The notes under the pieces were generated by a model. That model saw only the letters and a program-made list of their open reading frames with translations, was not told the origin of the DNA and ran no database searches. The translations under genes were made by a program, and so were the position numbers. Below are positions 19,988 through 29,040 of a DNA stretch of 64,000 bases, one piece after another. This DNA comes from an uncultured Methanosarcinales archaeon (GTDB lineage: Archaea > Nanobdellota > Nanobdellia > Woesearchaeales > GW2011-AR9): the NCBI GenBank assembly GCA_964343575.1, contig CAYFJV010000001.1:1-64000 (forward strand), given 5' to 3'. Every line of letters begins with the position of its first letter. Positions within the stretch are counted from its first letter, which is position 1.

Positions 19988-22243
19988 ATGAAAATCTTAG
20001 CAATTCATAGTGACTTTATTGAGTTTCAAGCAAAGAAAAAGGCTTTTGCAAAAGCTGAGGAAGGAGTGAGTGAAGAAAAGAAGCGTGTTGAAGAATGCTT
20101 AGTTATCTTTACTGCTGCTGAAAAGAGTGATGAATCTTCTGGTGAAGAGATTAAAGCTAAATATGTTAGCGAAGTAAAGAGTATTCTTGGTCAAGTGAGA
20201 GCCGAGCGAGTGGTACTTTATCCTTACGCACATTTGAGCAGTTCACTTTCTAAACCTAGTTTTGCAGAGAAGTTGATGAAAGATGCTGAAGCTGCGCTTC
20301 GCGCTGAAGGTGTGGAAGTCTATCGAGCACCGTTTGGTTGGTATAAATCTTTTAACATCTCTTGTAAAGGGCATCCTTTGTCAGAGTTGAGTCGGCAAAT
20401 TGGCGTTGGTGGGGAGTCTGCTTCTAGTGGTGTTGCTAGTGAGCCTGCAGCTTCAAGTTCTGGATCTGTTTCTAGTTCTGGGCAGAAAGTGAGTCTTAAA
20501 CGAGAAGGGAAAGACGAGGCTTTTGTTTTTCATACTGAAGTTGAGCTTGATGCTGAGCAGAAATTGAGTTATTCTGTTGCAGCCCTGGTTGGTCTTGCAG
20601 TAAGCCAATTGTATCCTGGCTCTGAGGTTGGGAGTATTGGTTTTTCCCGAGGTCAAGCTTATGTAGATATTGCTGGAGTAAAGTTAAAGCAAGATGATCT
20701 TAATCGTGTAACTAAGAAAGTAAAGGAGTTACGAAAAGGAGAGCTTTCTTTTACTAAGTTTGGTGGAAAGTTGAGTGGACTTCAGAAGGAAATTAATGCT
20801 GATCTTGGTGAGAGTGCAGTGAGCTACGAGCTTGGTGGCATCTCTTTTGTTCCGCTTTACAAGGAACCTTTTGTTGCTTCTCTTGCAGAGATTGCCGCTT
20901 TCAAATTGCTTAGTTCTGGTTCAGCTTATTGGAAAAATAATGAGAATAATAGGCAGCTTGCACGGGTCTATTGTGTTGCTTTTGCCTCGCAGGCTGATAA
21001 AGAGGCTTGGGAAGCAAAGCGTAAAGAAGCTGAAAACAGAAGTCACATTAAAATTGGTAAAGAACAGGGTTTGTTTGTGATTTCGGATTTGGTTGGTGCT
21101 GGCTTGCCTTTAATTGCTCCTAAAGGAATGATTATTCGTAAAGAAATAGTTGATTATCTTTGGTCTTTACATAGCAAACATAATTACAAATGGGTGTGGA
21201 CACCACATATTGCCAAAGAAGCTTTGTATAAAACCAGCGGTCATTGGGATAAGTTTGGCGATGAATTATTCAAAGTTCGTGGAAAAAGTGATGCTTTCAT
21301 TATGAAACCTATGAATTGTCCTCACCACATGCAGATTTTTGATAGTTTTAGTTTAAGTTACCGTGATATGCCAATTCGATTTTTTGAGCCGGCAACCATC
21401 TATCGTGATGAGAAAAGTGGCCAATTGCATGGATTAACTCGTGTTCGTAGTATTACTCAGGATGATGGACATCTCTTTTGTCGTAAGGAGCAAATTGGGC
21501 AGGAAGTTGCTATTGTGGTCTCTATTGTTCGTGAGTTTTATGCCACCGTTGGTATGAATAAAGAGTACTGGGTAAGTTTTTCTGTTCGAGGGGATGATAA
21601 AAGCAAATATCTTGGCGGAGATGATGTTTGGGAGCTTGCTGAAGGAGCTCTTGAGAAGGCTGCTGTTGAGAATAACTTGCCTTTTAAGAAAATCAAAGGG
21701 GAAGCTGCTTTTTATGGCCCAAAACTTGATTTCATGTTTAAGGATAGTCTAGGTCGTGAGTGGCAACTTGCTACAATTCAGTGTGATTTCAATTTGCCTG
21801 AGCGTTTTAACCTCTCTTTTATGAATGAAGAAGGAAAGAGAGAGCGTCCCGTAGTAATTCATCGAGCAATCAGTGGGAGCTTGGAGCGGTTTATGGGCAT
21901 TTTGATTGAGCATTATGCTGGAAAGTTTCCTTTATGGCTTAGTCCTGTGCAAGTAAAACTTTTGACGGTTACTGATCGTTCTGTAGAGTTTGCACGATCT
22001 GTAGCTACTAAAATGCAGGCGGTTGGGCTTCGAGTAAGTGTGGATGATAGGACTGAGACTATTGGTAAAAAGGTTCGTGAAGCGCAACTTGAGCAAGCCA
22101 ATTATATTTTAACTATTGGAGATAAAGAAGTTGATCAGCAGAACCTTGCTGTGCGAAGCCGTGATACTGGGAAGGTAGAGTTTGGTGTAGCAGTAGATGC
22201 CTTTATTGCTAAAATTGTTGCTGAGAAAAATAGTCGAGCTTAA
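19988..22243 (+). CDS. thrS: threonine--tRNA ligase
   Basis: Archaeal editing domain (LYPYAHLSS, RAPFGWYK, CKGHPLSELS); core KPMNCP, YRDE.SG.LHGL.RVR, AFYGPK, HRAI.GSLERF; anticodon domain. Confidence 0.96.
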   Translation: MKILAIHSDFIEFQAKKKAFAKAEEGVSEEKKRVEECLVIFTAAEKSDESSGEEIKAKYVSEVKSILGQVRAERVVLYPYAHLSSSLSKPSFAEKLMKDAEAALRAEGVEVYRAPFGWYKSFNISCKGHPLSELSRQIGVGGESASSGVASEPAASSSGSVSSSGQKVSLKREGKDEAFVFHTEVELDAEQKLSYSVAALVGLAVSQLYPGSEVGSIGFSRGQAYVDIAGVKLKQDDLNRVTKKVKELRKGELSFTKFGGKLSGLQKEINADLGESAVSYELGGISFVPLYKEPFVASLAEIAAFKLLSSGSAYWKNNENNRQLARVYCVAFASQADKEAWEAKRKEAENRSHIKIGKEQGLFVISDLVGAGLPLIAPKGMIIRKEIVDYLWSLHSKHNYKWVWTPHIAKEALYKTSGHWDKFGDELFKVRGKSDAFIMKPMNCPHHMQIFDSFSLSYRDMPIRFFEPATIYRDEKSGQLHGLTRVRSITQDDGHLFCRKEQIGQEVAIVVSIVREFYATVGMNKEYWVSFSVRGDDKSKYLGGDDVWELAEGALEKAAVENNLPFKKIKGEAAFYGPKLDFMFKDSLGREWQLATIQCDFNLPERFNLSFMNEEGKRERPVVIHRAISGSLERFMGILIEHYAGKFPLWLSPVQVKLLTVTDRSVEFARSVATKMQAVGLRVSVDDRTETIGKKVREAQLEQANYILTIGDKEVDQQNLAVRSRDTGKVEFGVAVDAFIAKIVAEKNSRA

Positions 22244-22306
22244 ATTTCTTTTTTCTTTCTCTTTTCCTAATAAGGTCAATACGCGTTGGTCTTTTTTTTG
22301 TTTGGA

Positions 22307-22543
22307 TTACAACACGCTCTCTTCATGGTCGTCAGAACATTCCACTGTACAGAACTGGAGGCTTTCTCCTTTGATTGCCTTAGCAATTGGATTCTCATGA
22401 ATTGCACGCCCACACTCAGCACACTCTTCAACCTCATCCTCATCCTCAAAGCCTTTCATGAAGAGGTCTTCTTCTTCTTCTTGCATATCGCTCTGCTCTG
22501 AGAACCTCTGATTTTGCATCCCTTCCATTGTGAAATCATCCAT
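22307..22543 (-). CDS. small acidic Zn-binding protein (TRASH/YHS-like)
   Basis: CAECG...FCTVEC. Confidence 0.7.
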   Translation of the reverse strand: MDDFTMEGMQNQRFSEQSDMQEEEEDLFMKGFEDEDEVEECAECGRAIHENPIAKAIKGESLQFCTVECSDDHEESVL

Positions 22544-22622
22544 TCTAAATCCATCGCCAGCTGAGACTCTTTTAATATTTATGTCTATATCACATATATT
22601 TCAAATATATGCTTTTGTAGAA

Positions 22623-22816
22623 TCTTACCTTTCTACCAGTGTCCAAAAAAATGGAACATTTTTTGGACGCAAGAAATTGGAAATTTCTTCGCGTGTTCAC
22701 TGGTGGTGCTAATAAATAAGCTCACTGATTGGGAAGGTAAGAGTCAGAAATTTGACCTGAGCGAAGCGAGCATGCCACTGGTGTCTCACCAGTGGTGGTC
22801 AAATTTGTTTGACACT
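22623..22816 (+). other. multi-stem structured intergenic element (candidate ncRNA or non-autonomous mobile repeat)
   Basis: Stems 22623-22641/22723-22742, 22641-22653/22657-22668, 22671-22678/22682-22689, 22748-22757/22797-22806 and 22775-22783/22787-22795. Confidence 0.6.
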
Positions 22817-23954
22817 ATTTGTTTTCTTGAATCTCCTTAAAAACCCTTGTTATTTTTCCTATTGAGCGCTCCCAGGAGAAGCCTTGCGTCACTGTTTTTC
22901 TGGCATTGAGGCCAATTTTTTCCATAATTTGAGGATGTTTGAGCAAGCGTTCAATTTTTACTTTAAGAAGAGAAGGGTTCTCTCTTGGGAAAAAGATACC
23001 GTTGTAGTTTTTTACAAGATAATTCTTGATAAAACCTACTTTGGTTGCAATAACGGGAAGCCCGGTTGCCATTGCTTCAAGAGTAGCTAGAGAAGTTGTT
23101 TCAGTAAGACTTGGCATAACAAAAATGTCCATGGCTTGCAAGTATTTTTCTACATCTTTTACAAAGCCCGTTACTTTACAGTTTTTGATCTTTTTGAGCT
23201 CTTTTACTAACTGTTTATCTCCATCTCCAACAATCAGTAATTGAAAGTTCTCTCTTGGTCCAAGTTTTTGAAAGGCTGCTGCAAGTGTGTGCACGTTTTT
23301 TTCTTTTGAAACTCTTCCTACATAACCGATAACTATTTTTGTTGGGTCAATGTTCATGCTTTTCTTTGCTTTTTTCTTGTCTTTACCTGGTTTGAAACGG
23401 TCTAAGTCTACTCCTAATCTTACAACTTCTATTGGAGCTTTGACCTTCCAATAACGTAATTCATCTTTAAGATCGTGGTAAGGAACAATGACTAGATCGC
23501 AACGATTATAGAGAAAGATGGAGACTTTTCTAATAAGATTCAAAAACAATTTACTTATGAACGGGGGAAGAAATTTCTCAAAAAGTTCCCAAGAAACTAC
23601 ATGGATATAAGTTACTACCTTCTTTTTGTAGTATCTTCCATAATACATCGCGCAATAGCTTGCAAGTGCTGGACCTTGTATAAAGATGATCTCGTTTTCT
23701 TTTATGGCTCTTTTGATTTTCCTTAAATTTGAGAAGGAGAATTTTATAGAAGAATAATTTGAGAGCTTTATGAATTTACTTACTTTAAGAAAGGTCTTAT
23801 TTTGTTTATCTTTTTCCTTCTTGAAGTTTGGTATCAGAAGGCTTGTTTTGATCTCTTTTTTTGTCTTTTCGATGAAGATTTCTAAAAATTTGAGTGTACC
23901 ATCTACTTTTGGATAATAAGTGTCTGCTACCAGAAGAACTTTTGTTTTTTCCAT
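22815..23954 (-). CDS. glycosyltransferase family 4
   Basis: DTYYPKVDG, YVGRVSKEKN and FVMPSLTETTSLATLEAMATGLPVI. Confidence 0.92.
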   Translation of the reverse strand: MEKTKVLLVADTYYPKVDGTLKFLEIFIEKTKKEIKTSLLIPNFKKEKDKQNKTFLKVSKFIKLSNYSSIKFSFSNLRKIKRAIKENEIIFIQGPALASYCAMYYGRYYKKKVVTYIHVVSWELFEKFLPPFISKLFLNLIRKVSIFLYNRCDLVIVPYHDLKDELRYWKVKAPIEVVRLGVDLDRFKPGKDKKKAKKSMNIDPTKIVIGYVGRVSKEKNVHTLAAAFQKLGPRENFQLLIVGDGDKQLVKELKKIKNCKVTGFVKDVEKYLQAMDIFVMPSLTETTSLATLEAMATGLPVIATKVGFIKNYLVKNYNGIFFPRENPSLLKVKIERLLKHPQIMEKIGLNARKTVTQGFSWERSIGKITRVFKEIQENK

Positions 23955-23992
23955 CTCTCTTTCTTTTCTCTCTTTTAGATTTTTCTCTTATC

Positions 23993-24694
23993 TCATCTGA
24001 TCCGATAAAACTTTTCTACCATGAGTTTTCTGATCTTAATCCCATCTCTAAACGCTCTAAAAAATGACATGAAGCTAGGATAGATCACATGCACTTTCTG
24101 ACTTGGGAACTTCTTGAGTGCTTCAGCCTTTATTTTGAAATAACCTTTAATATCTACACAAAGTGCTGGAAAATCTGTGTTAAATTCAATGGGATTCCAA
24201 ACAGAGTAAACATAGACCTCTGGTCGCTGCGCTTTGCTTAGCTGTTCAAAGCTTTGAAGAGTGATCTTATGGACCGCTCGATGGTCGGGGTGAGGATCTT
24301 CACTGCTGTGTGTAAATACTTTGTTTACCTTTCTTCGTTTGACCTTTTCGATGAACTTTTTTACTGCTTTTTTCTTCTCAGTCTCTTTGAGAAAATTTCC
24401 TTCTTGAAGATCGAGAAATTCTACCGTTGCTCCTAGAAGCTTTGCTGCATCTTGCGCTTCTTTGAGTCTCATTTGTTGTACTTCTTTTGGCTTAAGCCAA
24501 GGATGGGACATTTCTCCATAAGAAAACACAAGGCAGTGCACCTTTTTGCCTTCTTTTGCATACTTTGCAATGGTGGATCCTGCCCCGAGAACAAAATCAT
24601 CAGAATGAGCACTGCAAACAAGAACGCTTTCTTTGTTTTTTTTGCTTTTCTTCTTGCTTGGAGCTTTCTTTGCTTTTGTTTTTAGAGAAGGCAT
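23993..24694 (-). CDS. PIG-L/LmbE family deacetylase
   Basis: AHSDD, HPDH and terminal F.SQ..EKF. Confidence 0.88.
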   Translation of the reverse strand: MPSLKTKAKKAPSKKKSKKNKESVLVCSAHSDDFVLGAGSTIAKYAKEGKKVHCLVFSYGEMSHPWLKPKEVQQMRLKEAQDAAKLLGATVEFLDLQEGNFLKETEKKKAVKKFIEKVKRRKVNKVFTHSSEDPHPDHRAVHKITLQSFEQLSKAQRPEVYVYSVWNPIEFNTDFPALCVDIKGYFKIKAEALKKFPSQKVHVIYPSFMSFFRAFRDGIKIRKLMVEKFYRIR

Positions 24695-24808
24695 TGGAAA
24701 AAGTAAGAAATTGTGCTTAATAAAGCTTGTCTGTTTTCTTAGTGAGTAGAAGGGCCAAAGGAATCTTACGAGCAAAGAGTTTTACGATTTTACAACCAAC
24801 CTATAGGT

Positions 24809-25033
24809 TTTTCTAAGCTAAACTCTTGCCATAGTACCTAGAGATACTAGATTGCCTTCGTATCCCTTTGACTTGCTCTTTGGTGGTATTGCAGCTATAT
24901 ATGTTTTTCTTACCACTACTTTTGAACAACTTTATACAATGGTCTTTTCAGAAGTTAAGATGCCAGACAGATCTGACGAGACAGGTTTTACCTACCCCGA
25001 GGGGCTGAACTACGTAGATTTTCTAAGCTAAAC
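24809..25033. repeat. 15-bp direct repeat TTTTCTAAGCTAAAC, two copies 210 bp apart
   Basis: Copies at 24809-24823 and 25019-25033 in a non-coding gap. Confidence 0.6.
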
Positions 25034-25107
25034 CTTTTCTTTTGTCTCTGCCTAGCAAGTTGAAAAGAGATGCTTGTGGTATTTAAAGCTTGTGTTGACT
25101 AAAGTAA

Positions 25108-25368
25108 CTACCTCTTTGAACGGTGAGAACAACCTGGCCAGCAACACGGTCTTCGCTTTCCCTCTAGTAACATTGAACACGCTTGATCAATATGTTTTTT
25201 TCTTGTCTCAATCTTCTTGACAGAGATAGTCCAACAAATCCATTCATTACATGCAAGCGGAGTTAAACCATTCCAGAGATCTAGCACTTTTTGAGACTTG
25301 CACAGGGCCTTTTTTAGATCTGCTGGAACTTTGTGTACGACCCCTGTTGCGATTTTGTTTGAAGTCAT
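25108..25368 (-). CDS. YdeI/OmdA family protein
   Basis: GVVHKVPADL..LTPLA.NEWICW..GKRRPCCWPGC.HR. Confidence 0.8.
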   Translation of the reverse strand: MTSNKIATGVVHKVPADLKKALCKSQKVLDLWNGLTPLACNEWICWTISVKKIETRKKHIDQACSMLLEGKRRPCCWPGCSHRSKR

Positions 25369-25443
25369 CTTTAGCTCTTGGTTATATTGTATTAGAATAT
25401 AAAACATGGGTTGATTGAGTTAAGAACATACACAGAGTAGGTA

Positions 25444-25538
25444 TGCGCCGGCCGGGATTCGAACCCGGATCACAGGCTCTCTTCGCAACCAATTGATCAC
25501 GTGGAAGGCCCGGATACTAGCCATTATACTACCGGCGC
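25444..25538 (-). tRNA. tRNA-Gly(TCC) with 23-nt intron at 37/38 (25479-25501)
   Basis: GCGCCGG acceptor, CGGGC-CT-TCC-A|intron|A-GCCTG and GGTTCGAATCC. Canonical BHB (CTTC/GAAG helix, two 3-nt bulges); CCA not encoded. Confidence 0.95.
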
Positions 25539-25656
25539 GTGTTTAGAGCTTTCTGCTACTTGGTTTATTAAGCTTTTGGTTACATTTTTCGCAGTAGTCT
25601 TGACAGAGAAGCTAGTAAAGAAAACATTTTTAAAGCGCTTTGGGCTTTGCAGTTTT

Positions 25657-26172
25657 ATGCCAGAAATAAGTGGACAACCTTGTCACATGTGTGGTAAAAA
25701 AGGACTTACTCTTCGAGAGGAAGAAGTGGATATCCCTTATTTTGGCAGAGTATTTGTTTTTTCTATGAGTTGTACTGAATGTGGTTTTAGAAAAGCTGAT
25801 TTAGAACCCGCTGAGAAGAAAGATCCTGCAAGTTATACTCTTGAGGTTAGTTCTGAAGAAGATCTTAATGTAAAGATTGTGAAGTCTGGAGCAGCGACCA
25901 TTAAAATTCCAAGAATCATCACAATTGAAGCTGGACCTGCATCTAACGGTTATGTTACCAACGTTGAGGGTTTGCTTGAACGAGTAAAAAAAGTTATTCA
26001 ATCTGCAGCTGAAGCTGAAGATGACAAAGCTGTAGTTAAGAAAGCTAAAAATCAGGTAAAGAAAATCAATAATGTTTTGCTCGGTCGTGATTCTTTAAAG
26101 ATTATTGTGAGTGATCCAAGCGGAAACAGTGCAATTATTTCTGATAAGGCGCAGAAGAGTAAGAAGTTGTAG
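25657..26172 (+). CDS. ZPR1 zinc-finger domain protein
   Basis: CHMCG..DIPYFG..CTECGF, GYVTNVEG and DPSGNS. Confidence 0.92.
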   Translation: MPEISGQPCHMCGKKGLTLREEEVDIPYFGRVFVFSMSCTECGFRKADLEPAEKKDPASYTLEVSSEEDLNVKIVKSGAATIKIPRIITIEAGPASNGYVTNVEGLLERVKKVIQSAAEAEDDKAVVKKAKNQVKKINNVLLGRDSLKIIVSDPSGNSAIISDKAQKSKKL

Positions 26173-26220
26173 TTTGGGATTTGGAAATTCTTTTAACTTT
26201 GACTTGCCACTTATTTTCTT

Positions 26221-26652
26221 ATGCAGATAACTATGAATGGCGAGTATAATGGAAAAAGACGTTATGATGTTGTTCTCTCAGGAGAGGACTTTGCCCATAT
26301 GTCTGCTGGCTTCCCTGAGGTAGATTCTCTTCGAGGGGTGATTGGAAGGATGGAATTTTTGCTCTACCAAGGAACAAGAATGCCAGAGCGTTTTTTGCCA
26401 ATGCCAGATGGTGGAGCTTATCAAGCACATATTGGTCTTGAAGATGTACCTTCTTTGCCGCCAGACCCCAGTTCTGAAGATTTTGATAGAATGAGTGATG
26501 AGTATGACCGTCGATTTAGGAATGCTATCAACGCAAGTGCGCCAATTCCTATTGTCTCACAAGGTGGCCCAAGGCTTGGAGAAATTACTTTGGGTTATGT
26601 TAAGTTGAGTGTTGAGCCACAACCAAGCCCACAAATGAGGCTTTTTAATTAA
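26221..26652 (+). CDS. hypothetical protein (Lys-poor orphan)
   Basis: 143 aa; 2 K versus 12 R by manual count; own TATA-like box. Confidence 0.65.
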   Translation: MQITMNGEYNGKRRYDVVLSGEDFAHMSAGFPEVDSLRGVIGRMEFLLYQGTRMPERFLPMPDGGAYQAHIGLEDVPSLPPDPSSEDFDRMSDEYDRRFRNAINASAPIPIVSQGGPRLGEITLGYVKLSVEPQPSPQMRLFN

Positions 26653-26680
26653 AGAAATTTCTACAAAAGAACTGTGTTTT

Positions 26681-27055
26681 TTACTCCTTATCTCTTTTGA
26701 AAGCTTGAGGCAGATCAATAAGATATTTCCCTTCTGCAAGTCTAAAGACAAGAGGATCGTTCTTGAACAAACTGATAAGATCTAATTCGTACTTCCCTGG
26801 TTTGAGCACCCGGATGGACTCGAAGTCAAGAATAACCGGACGTTTTTCATCAACTTTGATGTTGGAGATCTCTACAACATCGCTCTCCATCTGTTTTTTA
26901 TCTTTATCAGTAAGATTGGTAATGAAGCTTTTACTCTCTTCCAAGTGCTTCTTCTTTACATAAAAGAACAGTCTTGCTCCGCAATCACAGCCCTTAAGAA
27001 TTTCTTGAGCTCCATCAGCATAGAGTTTGCTACAGCGGACACATTGGTGTGGCAC
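26681..27055 (-). CDS. oapC: Zn-ribbon protein DUF2072 (OapC)
   Basis: MPHQCVRC..GCDCG..F.Y, ESIRVLKPGKYELDL and EGKYLIDL. Confidence 0.88.
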   Translation of the reverse strand: MPHQCVRCSKLYADGAQEILKGCDCGARLFFYVKKKHLEESKSFITNLTDKDKKQMESDVVEISNIKVDEKRPVILDFESIRVLKPGKYELDLISLFKNDPLVFRLAEGKYLIDLPQAFKRDKE

Positions 27056-27182
27056 TTAAAAAACACCTCTAGTGTTTTTGTTTTTTGTGCAGAAAGTGAA
27101 GTTGTGTTCTCTTTGCATATTGTTGACCTTTACTTAAGCGTTTGCTGTCTCCTCGCTTTTCATAAGTTCTGTTGGGAAACAA

Positions 27183-27599
27183 TCACTTTTTTTTCTTTCG
27201 GGTCTTTTTTCTTTTGCTTGCTTTTTTACTTTTTGCTTCTGTAGTGAATAATTCGATCTTGTCTGGGTTACTTACAATCTTCTTCACTACTGATGCTGGG
27301 CCGATGATAGTAAGCCCTTGCCGATCTCCTAAAAGAATGTTTGCCATGGAACTTTTTAGCCTTTGAAAGCCAGCTAGTTGACTGTGATTAGGATCAACGG
27401 TTCCAAGTTCAATTCCTCTAAATGAGGAGCTGATCTCTTCCATGGTAAGTTCAATAAGGTCGGCTTCCTCTTGTTTCTTAAGCCTTCCTTCCATGATCAC
27501 AATTTTTTCATTTTTTACAATGTTGAGAAGTTTGTGCACTCGCTTTGCTGGGCTCAGCGGCTGAATTTCCTGGAATGGAACGAATTGAAAGGTAACCAT
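27183..27599 (-). CDS. oapB: DUF2073 protein (OapB)
   Basis: IVIMEG.L...EEADLIE.TM..I...F.GIE..GLTIIGPA. Confidence 0.88.
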   Translation of the reverse strand: MVTFQFVPFQEIQPLSPAKRVHKLLNIVKNEKIVIMEGRLKKQEEADLIELTMEEISSSFRGIELGTVDPNHSQLAGFQRLKSSMANILLGDRQGLTIIGPASVVKKIVSNPDKIELFTTEAKSKKASKRKKTRKKKK

Positions 27600-27685
27600 G
27601 TTTTCACTTCTTTTTTTCTTTTTCCTCTTCTCATTTCTTCTGAGGCAAGAGGAACTAATTTTTCTTCCTTTTTAACTTTTACTTC

Positions 27686-28330
27686 TTAGCCAGAGGCGAA
27701 CTCTACAAGTTTTTCATAGAACTCTTCGATGTTTTTTCCATATTTTGCAGAGATTGGGAAGACTTCGTACTGTGGGAAGGCTGCTTTGATGAGATCAATG
27801 TTGGATCTCTTAAGATCAACCTTATTTGCTACGATGAGCACAGGAATATCTCTTGCTTGAAGGTTTCCAATGATAGTGATGTTTACTTGGGAATAAGGAT
27901 CTTTTGTGGAATCAAGCACCACGACCACAGCATCCATCTCATCAAGCCATTTGATTGCATCAATTACCCCTTTGGTTGCCTCTTTTGCTCTTTTCTTAGC
28001 TTCACTACGTTTCATTCCTCTTTTGAGAAAGTCTTCATAATCAATTCTAGTAGAAATTCCTGGAGTGTCAACAAGTGAGAAGGAGATTTCTCTTCCCTTT
28101 TTGTTTTTGATAGTTACTTGTTCTTTGATGGTGATTTCTCTGGTTTCGTGGGCAATATGAGAAACACTGGACATCTCTTCTCCTAACCAGTCAATAGAAA
28201 TGCGGTTAGCCAGTGTAGATTTTCCACCATTTGGTGGACCATAGAGACCCAGCTTAACATGTGACTTGCGACGAAATAGTCCTGCAAGATTTAGTTTCTT
28301 GAGTATTCTTTGTAGAAATGACTTTGCCAC
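27686..28330 (-). CDS. oapA: Era-like GTP-binding protein (OapA)
   Basis: GLYGPPNGGKSTLANRI, HETR, DTPG, ANKVD and ISA. Confidence 0.9.
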   Translation of the reverse strand: MAKSFLQRILKKLNLAGLFRRKSHVKLGLYGPPNGGKSTLANRISIDWLGEEMSSVSHIAHETREITIKEQVTIKNKKGREISFSLVDTPGISTRIDYEDFLKRGMKRSEAKKRAKEATKGVIDAIKWLDEMDAVVVVLDSTKDPYSQVNITIIGNLQARDIPVLIVANKVDLKRSNIDLIKAAFPQYEVFPISAKYGKNIEEFYEKLVEFASG

Positions 28331-28343
28331 CCTAACCCCCCAA

Positions 28344-28426
28344 TGAGCCGAGTTCTGCGCCTTGCACTTTATCTGCGCTTGTTTGCGATCGGCTCAGTTG
28401 GAATTTAGCAGTGAGGACTACTTAAA
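28344..28426 (-). promoter_or_regulatory. oapA promoter and structured 5' leader
   Basis: TTTAAGTA (minus strand, 28419-28426); 8-bp stem TGAGCCGA (28344-28351)/TCGGCTCA (28389-28396) closing a GC-rich leader. Confidence 0.45.
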
Positions 28427-28498
28427 GCTTTCGTTACTTGAATTGCTGTGTCGAGATAGTGTGTTTGCAAGTAAGATTTATAAGCTTCCAGAGAATAA

Positions 28499-29020
28499 AT
28501 GAAGGTGATGCCAGAGCAAACTTTTGTGATTGACCAACTTAAATTTAGTTATGAAGGGCTTTTTAGCATAAGTGAAGTCTTTAACATGGTTGTTGGTTTC
28601 TTTAAAGAGAGAAAGTATGACTGGTATGAAAAGGTAAACCAAGAACAGATAACTCCCTATGGAAAACAGGTTCGTTATGTTTTTGAGCCTTGGAAAAGTA
28701 TCACGGATTATTACAAGATAATTGTTCGGATGAAGATTCATTTTACTGATGTTAAAGATGTTGAAGTAGAACACGAAGGTAAAGTTTTACACTTGCAGCA
28801 AGGTTTGGTACATATAATTATTGATGCTTATGTGATCAGTGATGCCGGCGGTGCTTGGGCTAGTAAACCTTTTTACTGGCTTTTGGTCTTGCTTCGTGAC
28901 AATTATTTCCACTCTCAGTATTACAATAAAGCAACTCGTTGGGTAGAAAAGGATGTCGAACTTTTACACAAAGAGATTAAGAATTATTTCAATGTTTTTA
29001 ATTACAGTTTTAATCGCTAG
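28499..29020 (+). CDS. conserved-looking hypothetical protein (paralog of next gene)
   Basis: Shares Y.G.F, YD..EK...E..TP.G, K..TDY, G...I.ID.Y and W..KPF with 29041-29649. Confidence 0.8.
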   Translation: MKVMPEQTFVIDQLKFSYEGLFSISEVFNMVVGFFKERKYDWYEKVNQEQITPYGKQVRYVFEPWKSITDYYKIIVRMKIHFTDVKDVEVEHEGKVLHLQQGLVHIIIDAYVISDAGGAWASKPFYWLLVLLRDNYFHSQYYNKATRWVEKDVELLHKEIKNYFNVFNYSFNR

Positions 29021-29040
29021 CTGAGGATTAGTTTTGAAAG

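Noticed and set aside
24780..25444. Integrated element at tRNA-Gly
   Set aside because: No integrase and no duplicate of the tRNA 3' end were seen in the window.
25501..25656. N-terminal extension of the ZPR1 ORF
   Set aside because: It overlaps tRNA-Gly and the promoters; the real start is most likely ATG 25657.
28331..28498. Replication origin beside oapABC
   Set aside because: No ORB-like repeats or cdc6/orc1, and the G/T-rich bias of the + strand does not visibly flip here.
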